From positions 4,659 through 68,658 of IMG/VR virus record IMGVR_UViG_3300035187_002824: a stretch of 64,000 nt of DNA. One strand, given 5' to 3'. Positions 19,993 through 30,086 of the stretch are shown here, piece by piece. The stretch comes from a virus. The position numbers and the translations under genes were made by a program. The notes under the pieces are model-generated. The model was given only the letters and a program-made list of their open reading frames with translations. It ran no database searches and was not told the DNA's origin. Every line of letters begins with the position of its first letter. Position 1 is the stretch's first letter.

Positions 19993-22900
19993 TACTTAAG
20001 AATTTTAAATTGAACCTCTACATCTATCACGCCGAACTCGGATGCTAAGTTATGAATTATACGGTACAGAAGCAAACGACCTTGTACTCTCGACCTTTTG
20101 AAATCGTAGTTATAATCCTTCCTCGGGATGCCCTGCTCCCACCCTCCATAATTCTTCAAGAACAATGGACCTTTAGAGGCCAGGTCTAGCCTACACATCA
20201 CGGAACCGTTCTCATCGATAAATTGTATCTCATCAGGCTTTGATCCTCTCAATGTCTTAGCGCGGAACCGGATGAATTCCTTCTCATCCTTTTGCTGAGC
20301 AGAGAACGGAGCTTCTACCATGCATTGAATTGGAGAGCCATTGATAATGTATCCTCGATCAAGAACAAATGTTCCGCCATCTCTTGAACCGTATGATACA
20401 TCCCCATCGGAAGCGTATCGTTCAAATCTGTACGTATACCTACCATTCCAATGAGACTTCTTGGCAGAGAAAGCGAAAAGAATATTCTCTTTATCGCAGC
20501 AATCATCTATGGATTCAGCTTCGATTTGTATCCAGTACTCGTCATATGCTGAATCATAATGACCGGCAACAAGACTGTAGTACCCTGGAAGTACTCTCGA
20601 TAAGGCTGGTTTAAGTTTAGAGCTGTAATCATTTTGTATATCAACAACTCTATTCATTGATAGCATGAATACGGATTCTTGGTTACCCCAGAAGCATGCA
20701 TCAACTTTTTCTTCCCCGGCCTGTGATTGAATTGGTATGGATGCGTCAGCTCTTGATCTCCACATTTCATCATTACATCCGATTGTTCTTGACAACCAGT
20801 ATTCACCCTGTATTACAGCATCAGTCTGCATTACAGATATCTCATCAGCATTGATGTTTGAAAGTATTGATTTCTTTGTAAGGATTAAGCATACGCCTTT
20901 GTTTGTAACAGCGTATATGTTATCACCTTTGCCTTCAAACTTGGCATCGTAAGCGAATTTTATAGGACCGGTATCGTCATTCAAGTAATAAACAGTAGCC
21001 GCCAAGAATGTTTTTAAACCTGGAGCATCCTGTGAGTTTACAGCCCGAGGTAATGACGGGGCCACTGCTGTACAAAAATGTGTCTTCTCTTCAAACCCGA
21101 CTTTAGGTTTACTTGTATGATCGATAGGAGATTCTTTGCTGTAGTCAACATTGAATGATTGAATAAATCTGAATCCACCATAGGTCCAGAGTAAGTGTTC
21201 ATTTGGATAGTCGTTAAAATAATCAACGAATATGTTATTGTCATTTGCGACATCGCTCATTCCGGATCCGAATGAAGAATCATCAAACCTATTTGGCCTC
21301 ATGATATAGTGCGTCTTCGGATAGTATTGTGTTGAGTCGGCCAAGTTGAAAGCATAGTGTGTTGCTATCCTACTTTCGCAGCAGAACATAACAACAAGCT
21401 GACGTATGTATCCAAGGTTTGCTTGCTCGTCGTTTTGAATCTTGTTTACACCAGTAGTATCCCTTACGATATAATGGCGAGGATTCATTCTATACTGACG
21501 GAATGGGAATCCTAGATTCATTATGAATTGCTCATCCTTCTGGTCTTGATCGTCTTTACCATTTGCTTTCCTGTCTATAGGAGAGAATAGTGTTTCACCA
21601 ACAGTGGTGTCTCCACCGAAAACAATGATTGGCATAGTATCGTCGTACTTCACAACAACGTAATGTTGATCGGGAACGTTAAACCCGGGGAGATTAAACT
21701 CTATTGTGAATTTACGATTGTCAGAAGACACTGAGTGATTGTAAACACCATATACATTTACTCCCCCAGATGTTGTATGGAATCCGTTGACAGCTATGTC
21801 GTTTACTATTGTGGTATAGTCTACCGCAGACTTATATGACACATCTATCCACGCGTATGAATTCCCGGCTTTATCTTTTATGTAAACGAATGCATCTCTG
21901 GAAGCGAATGGACCAGAAGAAGATCTATCAGAGATACAGTCTTCCCATCTCTCATCCACAAGTTCAAATGATTGATTGGCGGTGCCATCACCTAATCCGA
22001 TTATAGATTCAAGTTTCTGGTAGTGTCCAGTAGAAAGATACTCATTGATGTTCTCGTCTATTATCTGCTTGCCTTCAGCTATTATATTGATGATGTAGAA
22101 TGGTTCGGTCCAGTCTCTCAATTCAGGATCGTTGAACTCGCTTCCGCTTGTTCCGCCAACTCCATAAGTCTGATACACTTGGGTATCAAGCTGTAACTCA
22201 ACGTATGTATTCCGCCCTTCTGTTTGAGTTTTTACAGAGTTCAAATTGTACGCACCTGTTGTACCATTGATGGAGAATATTCCACCATTTACAGCGTGAG
22301 AGTTTCTGTATTTGTTGAATGCAACGTATCCACCTACACCAACTCCGGATTCTCCCGGATTAATCTGGCCGGTATCAAATAATACTCTTGCGTAGGAGAT
22401 CATGTCTACAATCCTGGATCTACGCTGAGGCAATGTATCTCCTTCGAAGTTGTACACTTCAGAGTAGAAGCCAAGAGGAGAAACAAATTCTATACGGTAG
22501 TTTCCGGGATTTGATATGATGTCGCTGAGCTGATCTCCAGAAGCTATGCCTGATGCAAAGTCCGGTGAATAGAACCACAACCTGTCAAGTCTTTTTGTGG
22601 CAAGAGCTTTGTTGCCAATGAAATCGAAATCACCAGAATTCATGGCATACATACCTATACCCTGGGCGATAACTCTACCTGCTGCTTTCTTTCGAACAAC
22701 AGAAAATGATTTCATCCATGCAGGGAAGTTTCTTACACCGGAAATAGCAATGCCTTTCGAGTAGTAATTATGGCGATAACATACTGGAGAATATCTGAGC
22801 CATGATGACCCATCATTTACTTCAACGTTAGCAAGGTATCCAGTGTTATCGTTTCTGTCGTTATTACCAACAGGTCCATATGGTGCGTATGGAGGTTTGA

Positions 22901-24422
22901 CATCATTAAGGATTGTGACTTTTGCTCCGTAATCTTCAGGGTCAGTATTACACCAGTTGTTCACTGTAGCCAATGGCTTATTACCTTTCTTGAGAATATT
23001 CCTGAACGAACATCCGTCGTTTTTACCGACGGCATTCGAATGATCGATAGCTTCAAAAACTTCACTTACAACACCGTTAACATTGGCAGCAACAGGAACC
23101 CCATCATAAGAGTAAAGGGATGATGTTGCACTCACTGGAGTTCTTCTACTTGGGAATGTGTAGTTAAGCAGGGATGGTACCTCCTGAACAAATGATTTAC
23201 CAGCAGCAGCGTCATATCCTTGGATACCAAATGAGTATCTTTCATTAGACATGTATCCCTTGTAGTACGTATGATTGAACGGATCTGAATGCCCATTAAT
23301 TCCTAGGTTTTTAACAACAGGGAATGACTCTTGTCCATCAGTCTGTGTGAATTCAAGCTCAAGCTCTCTCTTAGGGAATGTGATATTCATCAACCACAAT
23401 CTTGTGTCGTAGTATCTGATTGCTTTCGCTCTCTCGATATATGCAAGCTGTCCTGCATCTTCAGTGTTGGTAACTACCTCTATTGTGTTTGATGCAATAG
23501 GATCAATGAACTCTCGAATGGATATTTCCTGCGGAGCAATATCGATCTTAGCGATAACCTCTGTAACCGGAGTGTAGTTCGGGCCACCCTCTGTATTGTT
23601 TGAGATTCTGATTAGCTCAATGTAGTTGTAGTTCGAAATATTTGTTACTCTGAACTTCAGTTTTATTCCGTAAGAAGTAGGGAATTCCGTGTTCGAATTC
23701 GACCCGCCTGTTTTAGATGACGGATAAGTATAAGAAGCATCAGCCAGTGTTTGAACCACAGGAATGGGCGGAGTAAGAGGACCTCGATTAGTCCGGTCAC
23801 CAGCTTCAGTAACATAACGAATAGCGTACTGATAAGTTCCGACGGGTAGACCCGCGCCTCCACCAACGTTTGTAAGACTATCAAAAACAGGAATATCAAG
23901 GGGAGCAACAAGATTAACATAGTACAAGTCAGGATTAAAGTCTGAGAAATATTTCTGTGTTCCGTATGAATCGATCATGTCTCCAATGTTGAGTATCATT
24001 GGAGGAACATTGTCATCTGTGATAAATATTTCACCACCATCACAGCTTTCGTTTTTATCGATCTGTAACGGGAAATCATACTTGAATGGTATACGTGGTG
24101 ACTTGGCGTATATCACGCCATTTATTCTTATAATTGGATCTTCAACACCGAATGCATCTACCATTACTTCGACAACCTTCTTGTGCACAACAATCATTCC
24201 TATGCACTGGTAGATTCCGGAAGTTGTAACATCTGGATAAACAACTTCCTCTCCCTTAATTTTGTTTAAGGAAAGATCATCGCCGGTTATAGATGTTGAC
24301 CTGAGATTTATTGCATCAGAATACTGCCCAGTATTAGAGGCACCAAGTAATTCCTTCGCAATGTTCGGGTGTGCACCTTTGTAGAACGTGCGTATGTCGG
24401 ATGGATGGTTCTCTGTATTCAT
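19992..24422 (-). CDS. tail nozzle/stabilisation (muzzle-like) protein
   Basis: 1476 aa beta-rich; YSDAINLR, GTYQYAIRY, SNERYSFGI motifs resemble crAss-like tail stabilisation proteins; follows the ring genes. Confidence 0.7.
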   Translation of the reverse strand: MNTENHPSDIRTFYKGAHPNIAKELLGASNTGQYSDAINLRSTSITGDDLSLNKIKGEEVVYPDVTTSGIYQCIGMIVVHKKVVEVMVDAFGVEDPIIRINGVIYAKSPRIPFKYDFPLQIDKNESCDGGEIFITDDNVPPMILNIGDMIDSYGTQKYFSDFNPDLYYVNLVAPLDIPVFDSLTNVGGGAGLPVGTYQYAIRYVTEAGDRTNRGPLTPPIPVVQTLADASYTYPSSKTGGSNSNTEFPTSYGIKLKFRVTNISNYNYIELIRISNNTEGGPNYTPVTEVIAKIDIAPQEISIREFIDPIASNTIEVVTNTEDAGQLAYIERAKAIRYYDTRLWLMNITFPKRELELEFTQTDGQESFPVVKNLGINGHSDPFNHTYYKGYMSNERYSFGIQGYDAAAGKSFVQEVPSLLNYTFPSRRTPVSATSSLYSYDGVPVAANVNGVVSEVFEAIDHSNAVGKNDGCSFRNILKKGNKPLATVNNWCNTDPEDYGAKVTILNDVKPPYAPYGPVGNNDRNDNTGYLANVEVNDGSSWLRYSPVCYRHNYYSKGIAISGVRNFPAWMKSFSVVRKKAAGRVIAQGIGMYAMNSGDFDFIGNKALATKRLDRLWFYSPDFASGIASGDQLSDIISNPGNYRIEFVSPLGFYSEVYNFEGDTLPQRRSRIVDMISYARVLFDTGQINPGESGVGVGGYVAFNKYRNSHAVNGGIFSINGTTGAYNLNSVKTQTEGRNTYVELQLDTQVYQTYGVGGTSGSEFNDPELRDWTEPFYIINIIAEGKQIIDENINEYLSTGHYQKLESIIGLGDGTANQSFELVDERWEDCISDRSSSGPFASRDAFVYIKDKAGNSYAWIDVSYKSAVDYTTIVNDIAVNGFHTTSGGVNVYGVYNHSVSSDNRKFTIEFNLPGFNVPDQHYVVVKYDDTMPIIVFGGDTTVGETLFSPIDRKANGKDDQDQKDEQFIMNLGFPFRQYRMNPRHYIVRDTTGVNKIQNDEQANLGYIRQLVVMFCCESRIATHYAFNLADSTQYYPKTHYIMRPNRFDDSSFGSGMSDVANDNNIFVDYFNDYPNEHLLWTYGGFRFIQSFNVDYSKESPIDHTSKPKVGFEEKTHFCTAVAPSLPRAVNSQDAPGLKTFLAATVYYLNDDTGPIKFAYDAKFEGKGDNIYAVTNKGVCLILTKKSILSNINADEISVMQTDAVIQGEYWLSRTIGCNDEMWRSRADASIPIQSQAGEEKVDACFWGNQESVFMLSMNRVVDIQNDYSSKLKPALSRVLPGYYSLVAGHYDSAYDEYWIQIEAESIDDCCDKENILFAFSAKKSHWNGRYTYRFERYASDGDVSYGSRDGGTFVLDRGYIINGSPIQCMVEAPFSAQQKDEKEFIRFRAKTLRGSKPDEIQFIDENGSVMCRLDLASKGPLFLKNYGGWEQGIPRKDYNYDFKRSRVQGRLLLYRIIHNLASEFGVIDVEVQFKILK

Positions 24423-25165
24423 CAGTAATTCATTCTTGACATGTATTCTTTGAAGTCTTGGCGCTCTTTGTCGTTAGCTCGCTTAACCCTACGCTTAGCT
24501 TCCTCCCATGGCCCGGATAGATCGTATATCTTTTTCTCATTGGAAGCAGCAATTGTTCTGTACAATTGAAAGTTCTCCTTGTCATTAGCCATGTAAACCT
24601 CCGCAAGATTAAAGCTTGACCATACGATTATGGCTTGCTTTAAATACTCAGGTATGAATGGAACTTTAAAGAGATCTCCGCCGGTTCCGTTATATACCAG
24701 TAGAATGTTTTCGTAGCCTCCAGAATAAGCAAACATAAGCATGCCGTTTTGCATGGAGCATATTGGTTGAGTACCCAATCCTGAAGTTCTTTCTTTATAG
24801 AAAGGATCGTTCATGTTTGGGTTTCCGGTATGCTTTGCAAAGTATCCTGCTCCGCTTACTATCATATCCTTCTTAAAGTACACGCGTCTTGCCGTCTGAA
24901 TATTACATTCATTCCCGTTAAACAAATACACTTCTTTTATATTGAACACCCCAGCAGGAAGTTCAAGTACATTATTTTCAGGATACGGTAAAGCTTCGTG
25001 ACGCTTATCGAAGAACGATTCGAAAGCAAGTTCTCTTAACGCGTCTTGGACAATTTGCTTATAGAAACCTTTGGACATTATCTTGAAAGATCTGTCACCT
25101 AGTCTTGATGATAAAGAAGAAACGACCTCGTCCAATGATACGAGGTCCTTTGGTGAGAAGTCCAT
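24422..25165 (-). CDS. tail ring/adaptor protein
   Basis: About 245 aa, one of three similarly sized tandem genes between capsid and nozzle; LELP..., PFIPEYLKQAI. Confidence 0.6.
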   Translation of the reverse strand: MDFSPKDLVSLDEVVSSLSSRLGDRSFKIMSKGFYKQIVQDALRELAFESFFDKRHEALPYPENNVLELPAGVFNIKEVYLFNGNECNIQTARRVYFKKDMIVSGAGYFAKHTGNPNMNDPFYKERTSGLGTQPICSMQNGMLMFAYSGGYENILLVYNGTGGDLFKVPFIPEYLKQAIIVWSSFNLAEVYMANDKENFQLYRTIAASNEKKIYDLSGPWEEAKRRVKRANDKERQDFKEYMSRMNY

Positions 25166-25175
25166 AGGCTAAGAA

Positions 25176-25898
25176 TTACTGAGCTTGCTGAGATGTGTCA
25201 GCTACTGACACCAATTTATTGGTAGGCACCTGGCTTCCAGATACCATATTGGCTCCATCGTTTGCTCGCTCTTGTGGCAAAAGTAAGGAGAATCTACCAA
25301 GATCCAAAACCCTACGCTTAAGAACTTCGATGAGTTCTTCCGGGAAATCAAAAGGAGCATCGATGTCGATATCCTGAACAGGACTTATTGTCATAAACAA
25401 ACCTACCTCTACATTCTTGATTGGAATACATTCAACACCAAGAAGATACACATACTGATGTACCCTGTAGAAATAAGGATTGTCTGGAGTTGGAGCTTCA
25501 AATCTTGAAACAAGATTTTCCATCTCAGATATTGTTGTTCTCGAAAACTGAACCCTTGTGAATTCAGGAAGGTCTCCGAGCTTTTCTTTTTCATTGTAAT
25601 ATGCAACAAACTCTATACCACCGTCACGATCAAAGTCAAATACAGAACCAGGAAGTTCGAAGTACTTCCGGTTCATCACCTGGTTTGGGTTTGCGTTTGA
25701 TGTAAAGTAAGATACCGGTATTATAAACGTTGACAAGAAAGCTCCTGTGCTGCGCTTAGGTATGTGCTTTGAAAGTATGTTGTTTCCAACAACTATACAC
25801 CAGTAAGCGATCTGTGCTTTTGTGATTGACTGGTCATCAATCATCTGCTTTAGATCAACCTCTATGTCATCGATTATTGTTCTTAACTTCGTTGCCAT
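25176..25898 (-). CDS. tail ring/adaptor protein
   Basis: FELPG..., PYFYRV..YVYL, FDFPEELIEVL; synteny. Confidence 0.6.
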   Translation of the reverse strand: MATKLRTIIDDIEVDLKQMIDDQSITKAQIAYWCIVVGNNILSKHIPKRSTGAFLSTFIIPVSYFTSNANPNQVMNRKYFELPGSVFDFDRDGGIEFVAYYNEKEKLGDLPEFTRVQFSRTTISEMENLVSRFEAPTPDNPYFYRVHQYVYLLGVECIPIKNVEVGLFMTISPVQDIDIDAPFDFPEELIEVLKRRVLDLGRFSLLLPQERANDGANMVSGSQVPTNKLVSVADTSQQAQ

Positions 25899-26635
25899 CA
25901 GTTCATCAATTTAACAAGTGATGCAACATCTTGAGATGTTACCAGGTAAAGACTTGTTCTGTCTCCTTGCTTGAACGAGATATACTTAAGAGCAAGTTCT
26001 GTTATTAAATTCACCAGAGAGTCCGGGAACTCTATGTTACCTTGCTGAGTAGATGGGTATGAAGGTGTCTTGATATATTCTATACCGACAAACTTACCAG
26101 CAACGGATGGTCTGATTTCTATCTCGCTTACTCCGGAAACATTACCATGACTCTTGTACCCGTAATCAAGGAATGACTTTGACTGCACATTATTTCCAGC
26201 GATGAAAATGTTGCTTTCACCTTTAGACCATACTTCATCAGTAATCAACGAAGCGTATTTTCCGGAAACGTAAATCAAATCGTTTCTTAAAACAGATGTC
26301 AAAGGATTGGCTTGTGAAGGAGGAGTTGTTACCGGGTGCACTTTAGGTTCCGGAGATACACTGATGATCGTCCATAACGAATGATTGATGGATGACAGCA
26401 GCGATGTATCTATTCTTGAGAACTGATTCGCTTGAAATACTTTTGTGTATTTAAGATCTCTCAAGTTTTCCGGCGCGAACTTCTTCTCTCCGAATGCAGT
26501 GTTGAATACAGAGACGATGAAGTCGATTGAATATTGTATTGCAGGTTTATAATCCTGATCCCATAAATAACGGTCGCTGCCCTCGGCATCGAGAGCAGCT
26601 TCCATTCTTTTTATGACTGATGAAACAGGTATCAT
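25898..26635 (-). CDS. tail ring/adaptor (gatekeeper-like) protein
   Basis: EYIKTP...IEFPDSLVNLITELAL pattern; synteny. Confidence 0.6.
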   Translation of the reverse strand: MIPVSSVIKRMEAALDAEGSDRYLWDQDYKPAIQYSIDFIVSVFNTAFGEKKFAPENLRDLKYTKVFQANQFSRIDTSLLSSINHSLWTIISVSPEPKVHPVTTPPSQANPLTSVLRNDLIYVSGKYASLITDEVWSKGESNIFIAGNNVQSKSFLDYGYKSHGNVSGVSEIEIRPSVAGKFVGIEYIKTPSYPSTQQGNIEFPDSLVNLITELALKYISFKQGDRTSLYLVTSQDVASLVKLMN

Positions 26636-27420
26636 TTTTTACCGAAAAACAATTCGTCAGCTATATCGTCGACTGATCTTACATTGACAACATGTTCGTT
26701 TGCTATCTCTCTTTGAGCAAGCACTGTTGCAACTTGCATTTTAATCTTCTGTCCATCTTGACGATCCATATCATCACCGGAAATTTGAATTCCATTTTCA
26801 CGGGCCATTTGAAGAACGTCGTAAACAGGTCTGTTTGCAAGCATGTTGTTGATCTTCGATATTTTCTGAGCGAAGCGAATATCAACAGACTCATTAATGT
26901 CTGATCTTTCAAAGAACATGACATTGAACATTGAGTGCTTTTTCAAAAACTCATACTCCTTCTTGCTCTTACAGATAAATCGAGATACAAGAACAAGGCT
27001 TGTGTCTCTCCCGTTTCCATTTCGAGATGTTGATACGTGCTCGAAGTTTATTGGACCGAGAGGAGCAAGAACTGAACGTCCTTGAACAAGATCATCAGCA
27101 ATACAATAGAACGATGTGTATGCGTAGAATGTAACAGGCTTTTCAAGAACATCATTTGGATCAATATCTGCAGAGTCACGGAATGACCTGTACTTGATCT
27201 CATTAACACTTTCTTGTCGAGCCGGGATGAGAGTCTTTAACGCAGCGATAAGTTCGCTGTTACTGTTATTGACTTCATTCTTCTTGTCAAGCTCCGCCTT
27301 TAATCGTTGAATCAATTCAAGAGCTTCTTTCATTGTTGGCTCTTGTGATTGAACTTGCGGTGTTTCTTTTGTTTTAGCTTCCGAGCCTTTGCTCAAATCT
27401 TCTTGAACTTTTAATGACAT
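26632..27420 (-). CDS. hypothetical protein downstream of the capsid gene
   Basis: 262-aa ORF, coupled to the ring genes. Confidence 0.6.
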   Translation of the reverse strand: MSLKVQEDLSKGSEAKTKETPQVQSQEPTMKEALELIQRLKAELDKKNEVNNSNSELIAALKTLIPARQESVNEIKYRSFRDSADIDPNDVLEKPVTFYAYTSFYCIADDLVQGRSVLAPLGPINFEHVSTSRNGNGRDTSLVLVSRFICKSKKEYEFLKKHSMFNVMFFERSDINESVDIRFAQKISKINNMLANRPVYDVLQMARENGIQISGDDMDRQDGQKIKMQVATVLAQREIANEHVVNVRSVDDIADELFFGKK

Positions 27421-27446
27421 ACGTTTTTGTTTTTATGAATAAAATA

Positions 27447-27469
27447 AGGGCCGGGATTTTCCCAGCCCT
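27447..27469 (-). terminator. terminator after major capsid gene
   Basis: AGGGCTGGG-aaaat-CCCGGCCCT then TATTTT on the minus strand. Confidence 0.65.
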
Positions 27470-27483
27470 AATCTTTTCAATTT

Positions 27484-28758
27484 TTACAGGAGGTCGATGA
27501 TGAAGGACCCGAGTGGGTTGTTGAATTTCAATCCCATTTGTCCTTTAACCCACCAGTCTTTGTTTGCAGACAAGGTTTGGTTTTGGATCGAGTCAGGAGT
27601 TTCTCCAACTTCAAAGGCTTGCATTCCTTTTACTTTGGTTGGAGTGATGGTGTCTTGATCGAGGATGATCAAGCGTCTGCGCCACTCAGGACCGAAGCAT
27701 GATTGCTCACGCCACAGTTCACATGGAACCAACACGAAGTTCATTCCACCTACTTCGATACGCTGCAAGTCAAGCTTGATAGTAGTATCGTTTGGAGTGT
27801 AACGAAGACCCGGTTGTTTGTAGATCTTGCTCAACTCATTGAGCATCTCTGCGGTTCCGTAGATGAAACGGGTACCACCTTCAACTTTGAAGTTGGTTGC
27901 GAAAGCAAGCTGTTCGAAAACAGTTTGGAGGGTAGCAAGAGTTGGGTTACCAACTGCTGAACCTGCAGCGATCATGGTAGGATAAACACCACCCATTGCT
28001 TTTGCTGCAACACCGGAAGCAAGTTGATACTCACCACGGTTACCATTCCAGTACGCATTGAACATGTCAATACGAAGCTGTTTAATTTGGTGCTCCTTAT
28101 CCTTATTCAGGTAATCGGTAGTACCACTGTTGATGTGCTTCTGAAGCTCCATGCGTGACCAGCGACGGGCACGAGCGAAGAGTTGCACGTAGTTGTAACG
28201 AGTTACAGTTTCAGTGCGCTCATAGTTTTGGAACCCAACAGCACCATCATGCTCGATGGAAGAAAGGATCGGGAACACGTCGTTCGCAGCTACAGCAGGA
28301 AGACCATTGCTAGTCTGTGATGCAACTGTAACGTTAAGACCGGCGATGGATCGAACAACAGCTTTAGTGTTGTTTGGATACACGATGATCAAATCTGGGG
28401 TGAGTCGCTGTACGGATTGAGCCGTCATAGGAATCACTTGGGTTACTACTGCGCCAGGCACAGCAGCTACAGCGGCTACGATACCGGTAGCTGATACGGC
28501 AGTACGACCAAAGGTCATTTCGAGGTATTCAAACTCATCGTTGTTCACATCCTCGAAAGGTTTCATCATGAGGATTTTCATCGCATCATAACGAGCAGGA
28601 GCAGTATCAAAGATAGCAGCCTGTACAGCCTTTGCAATAAGGATTGTTTCAGCGGTGGTGAAACCGGATTCTTGTGCGTAATTAGAACCTTGTGGGTTCA
28701 ACGGCAAGTTTCCATAAGGAGCATTAGCGGCTCCGGGGGTATAAGCAATTGCGCTCAT
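27484..28758 (-). CDS. major capsid protein
   Basis: 424 aa, after portal and scaffold; RYNYVQLF, ID MFNAYWNG.R, AMGGV; followed by a terminator. Confidence 0.8.
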   Translation of the reverse strand: MSAIAYTPGAANAPYGNLPLNPQGSNYAQESGFTTAETILIAKAVQAAIFDTAPARYDAMKILMMKPFEDVNNDEFEYLEMTFGRTAVSATGIVAAVAAVPGAVVTQVIPMTAQSVQRLTPDLIIVYPNNTKAVVRSIAGLNVTVASQTSNGLPAVAANDVFPILSSIEHDGAVGFQNYERTETVTRYNYVQLFARARRWSRMELQKHINSGTTDYLNKDKEHQIKQLRIDMFNAYWNGNRGEYQLASGVAAKAMGGVYPTMIAAGSAVGNPTLATLQTVFEQLAFATNFKVEGGTRFIYGTAEMLNELSKIYKQPGLRYTPNDTTIKLDLQRIEVGGMNFVLVPCELWREQSCFGPEWRRRLIILDQDTITPTKVKGMQAFEVGETPDSIQNQTLSANKDWWVKGQMGLKFNNPLGSFIIDLL

Positions 28759-28776
28759 TTTTTAGAGTTTAGGTTT

Positions 28777-30033
28777 TTAATAGGTAGAACTTGTGTTTGG
28801 TGGAAGGACTTTGTTTATGTAATCCTTAACCGCATCCTGACCTCCTTTAGTATTGCCATTTCCATTCTCGATAGCAGTAGCTACCTTCTCCGGTGTTCTG
28901 ACAATTACTTCCGCTTTCGCAGCATTTGCTGACTTGACAACTTCTTTGTTGACAATCATGTTTACGATCTCATCACCATACTTGATGAACAACATAAACT
29001 TAGCCGCGTTATCATTTAACGAGCCATCGCTATTTCTGAAGTAGGAATCGAAGTTACCACTTACTAAGCTTGATTCGATTTCTTTCAAAACCGGCTCAGC
29101 TGTTTCAGGAAGTACTTGCTTCAACTTATCAACGGAACTAACTGCTGAAGACTCAACACGCTGTCTGTATTCAACGGCAAGTTTATTCTCGTTAGCACGT
29201 TTGTTCTTGAAGAAATCCTTCTGTTCATTATAGGAACGAACTGCGTTTTCATGTGCAAATTTAATGGCTTTCGCTTGTGGGGATGTAGGATCCTGGGAAG
29301 CTATTTCGAAATCTTCTTCTGAAAACTCGTTTGGATTATAAATTCCAAGCAAAGTTTTAGCATCAATATCTTTAGCTTCTTTGGAGAAATCCACAGACAA
29401 AGGTCTTGCAGTAATAGGCTTTGTCCAGTCCTCGTTTTTAAGGAATGATTCAATAGCCGCGAAGATAGGTTCAGGAAGTTGATCAAACAACTTGTTGTAC
29501 CTGTTAACCTGATCGCTTACTTTAGACAAGTCTTGCGAAGAGTTACGCCATTTTTCAACAGACTCAAAGAACTTCTTGGGCTCTTTAATCCCATATTTCT
29601 TTTCGATGAATTGAACTGCTTCAGGTGTTGAGAGCAATTCAGGAATGTCAGAAACAACCTCTTTAGCTGGCTCTTGACTTTTCTTATTCAAGAAAGACAA
29701 ACCTTTATCGGATTGATTACCGTTGTTGTCATCTCCCTTTTTAGAATCATCTCCAGCTGCTCCGGCATTACCATTTTCATCTGGATTGCCGCCTTGGTTT
29801 TCGGTGCCTGCTCCATTACTTCCTTCGTTTCCTCCAGAATTGCCAGCTCCTGCATTCCCATTAGGGTCATTAGCCGGCTGGACATTACTGGGGTTCCCGG
29901 AAATTTCTTGAGCTTGTTTCACAAAATCACCTAATGCACTCTGAGGCATTAGACCGGATAACGCTCCGGATATCAGTGATGCTGCTCCACTTACTTGTTG
30001 AGCTCCACCTTGTTCTTGACTTCCATTATTCAT
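28777..30033 (-). CDS. capsid scaffolding protein
   Basis: Low-complexity Gly/Asn N-terminus and helical body, between portal and capsid; start MNNGSQ lies 6 nt after a TAACTTTG element. Confidence 0.65.
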   Translation of the reverse strand: MNNGSQEQGGAQQVSGAASLISGALSGLMPQSALGDFVKQAQEISGNPSNVQPANDPNGNAGAGNSGGNEGSNGAGTENQGGNPDENGNAGAAGDDSKKGDDNNGNQSDKGLSFLNKKSQEPAKEVVSDIPELLSTPEAVQFIEKKYGIKEPKKFFESVEKWRNSSQDLSKVSDQVNRYNKLFDQLPEPIFAAIESFLKNEDWTKPITARPLSVDFSKEAKDIDAKTLLGIYNPNEFSEEDFEIASQDPTSPQAKAIKFAHENAVRSYNEQKDFFKNKRANENKLAVEYRQRVESSAVSSVDKLKQVLPETAEPVLKEIESSLVSGNFDSYFRNSDGSLNDNAAKFMLFIKYGDEIVNMIVNKEVVKSANAAKAEVIVRTPEKVATAIENGNGNTKGGQDAVKDYINKVLPPNTSSTY

Positions 30034-30039
30034 ACGATG

Positions 30040-30047
30040 CAAAGTTA
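30040..30047 (-). promoter_or_regulatory. Bacteroidota-type -7 promoter element TAACTTTG
   Basis: Matches TAnnTTTG directly upstream of scaffold-capsid genes. Confidence 0.6.
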
Positions 30048-30086
30048 ATTGTTTGTTGATAAAAAACAAATATTTATTGAAACCTT

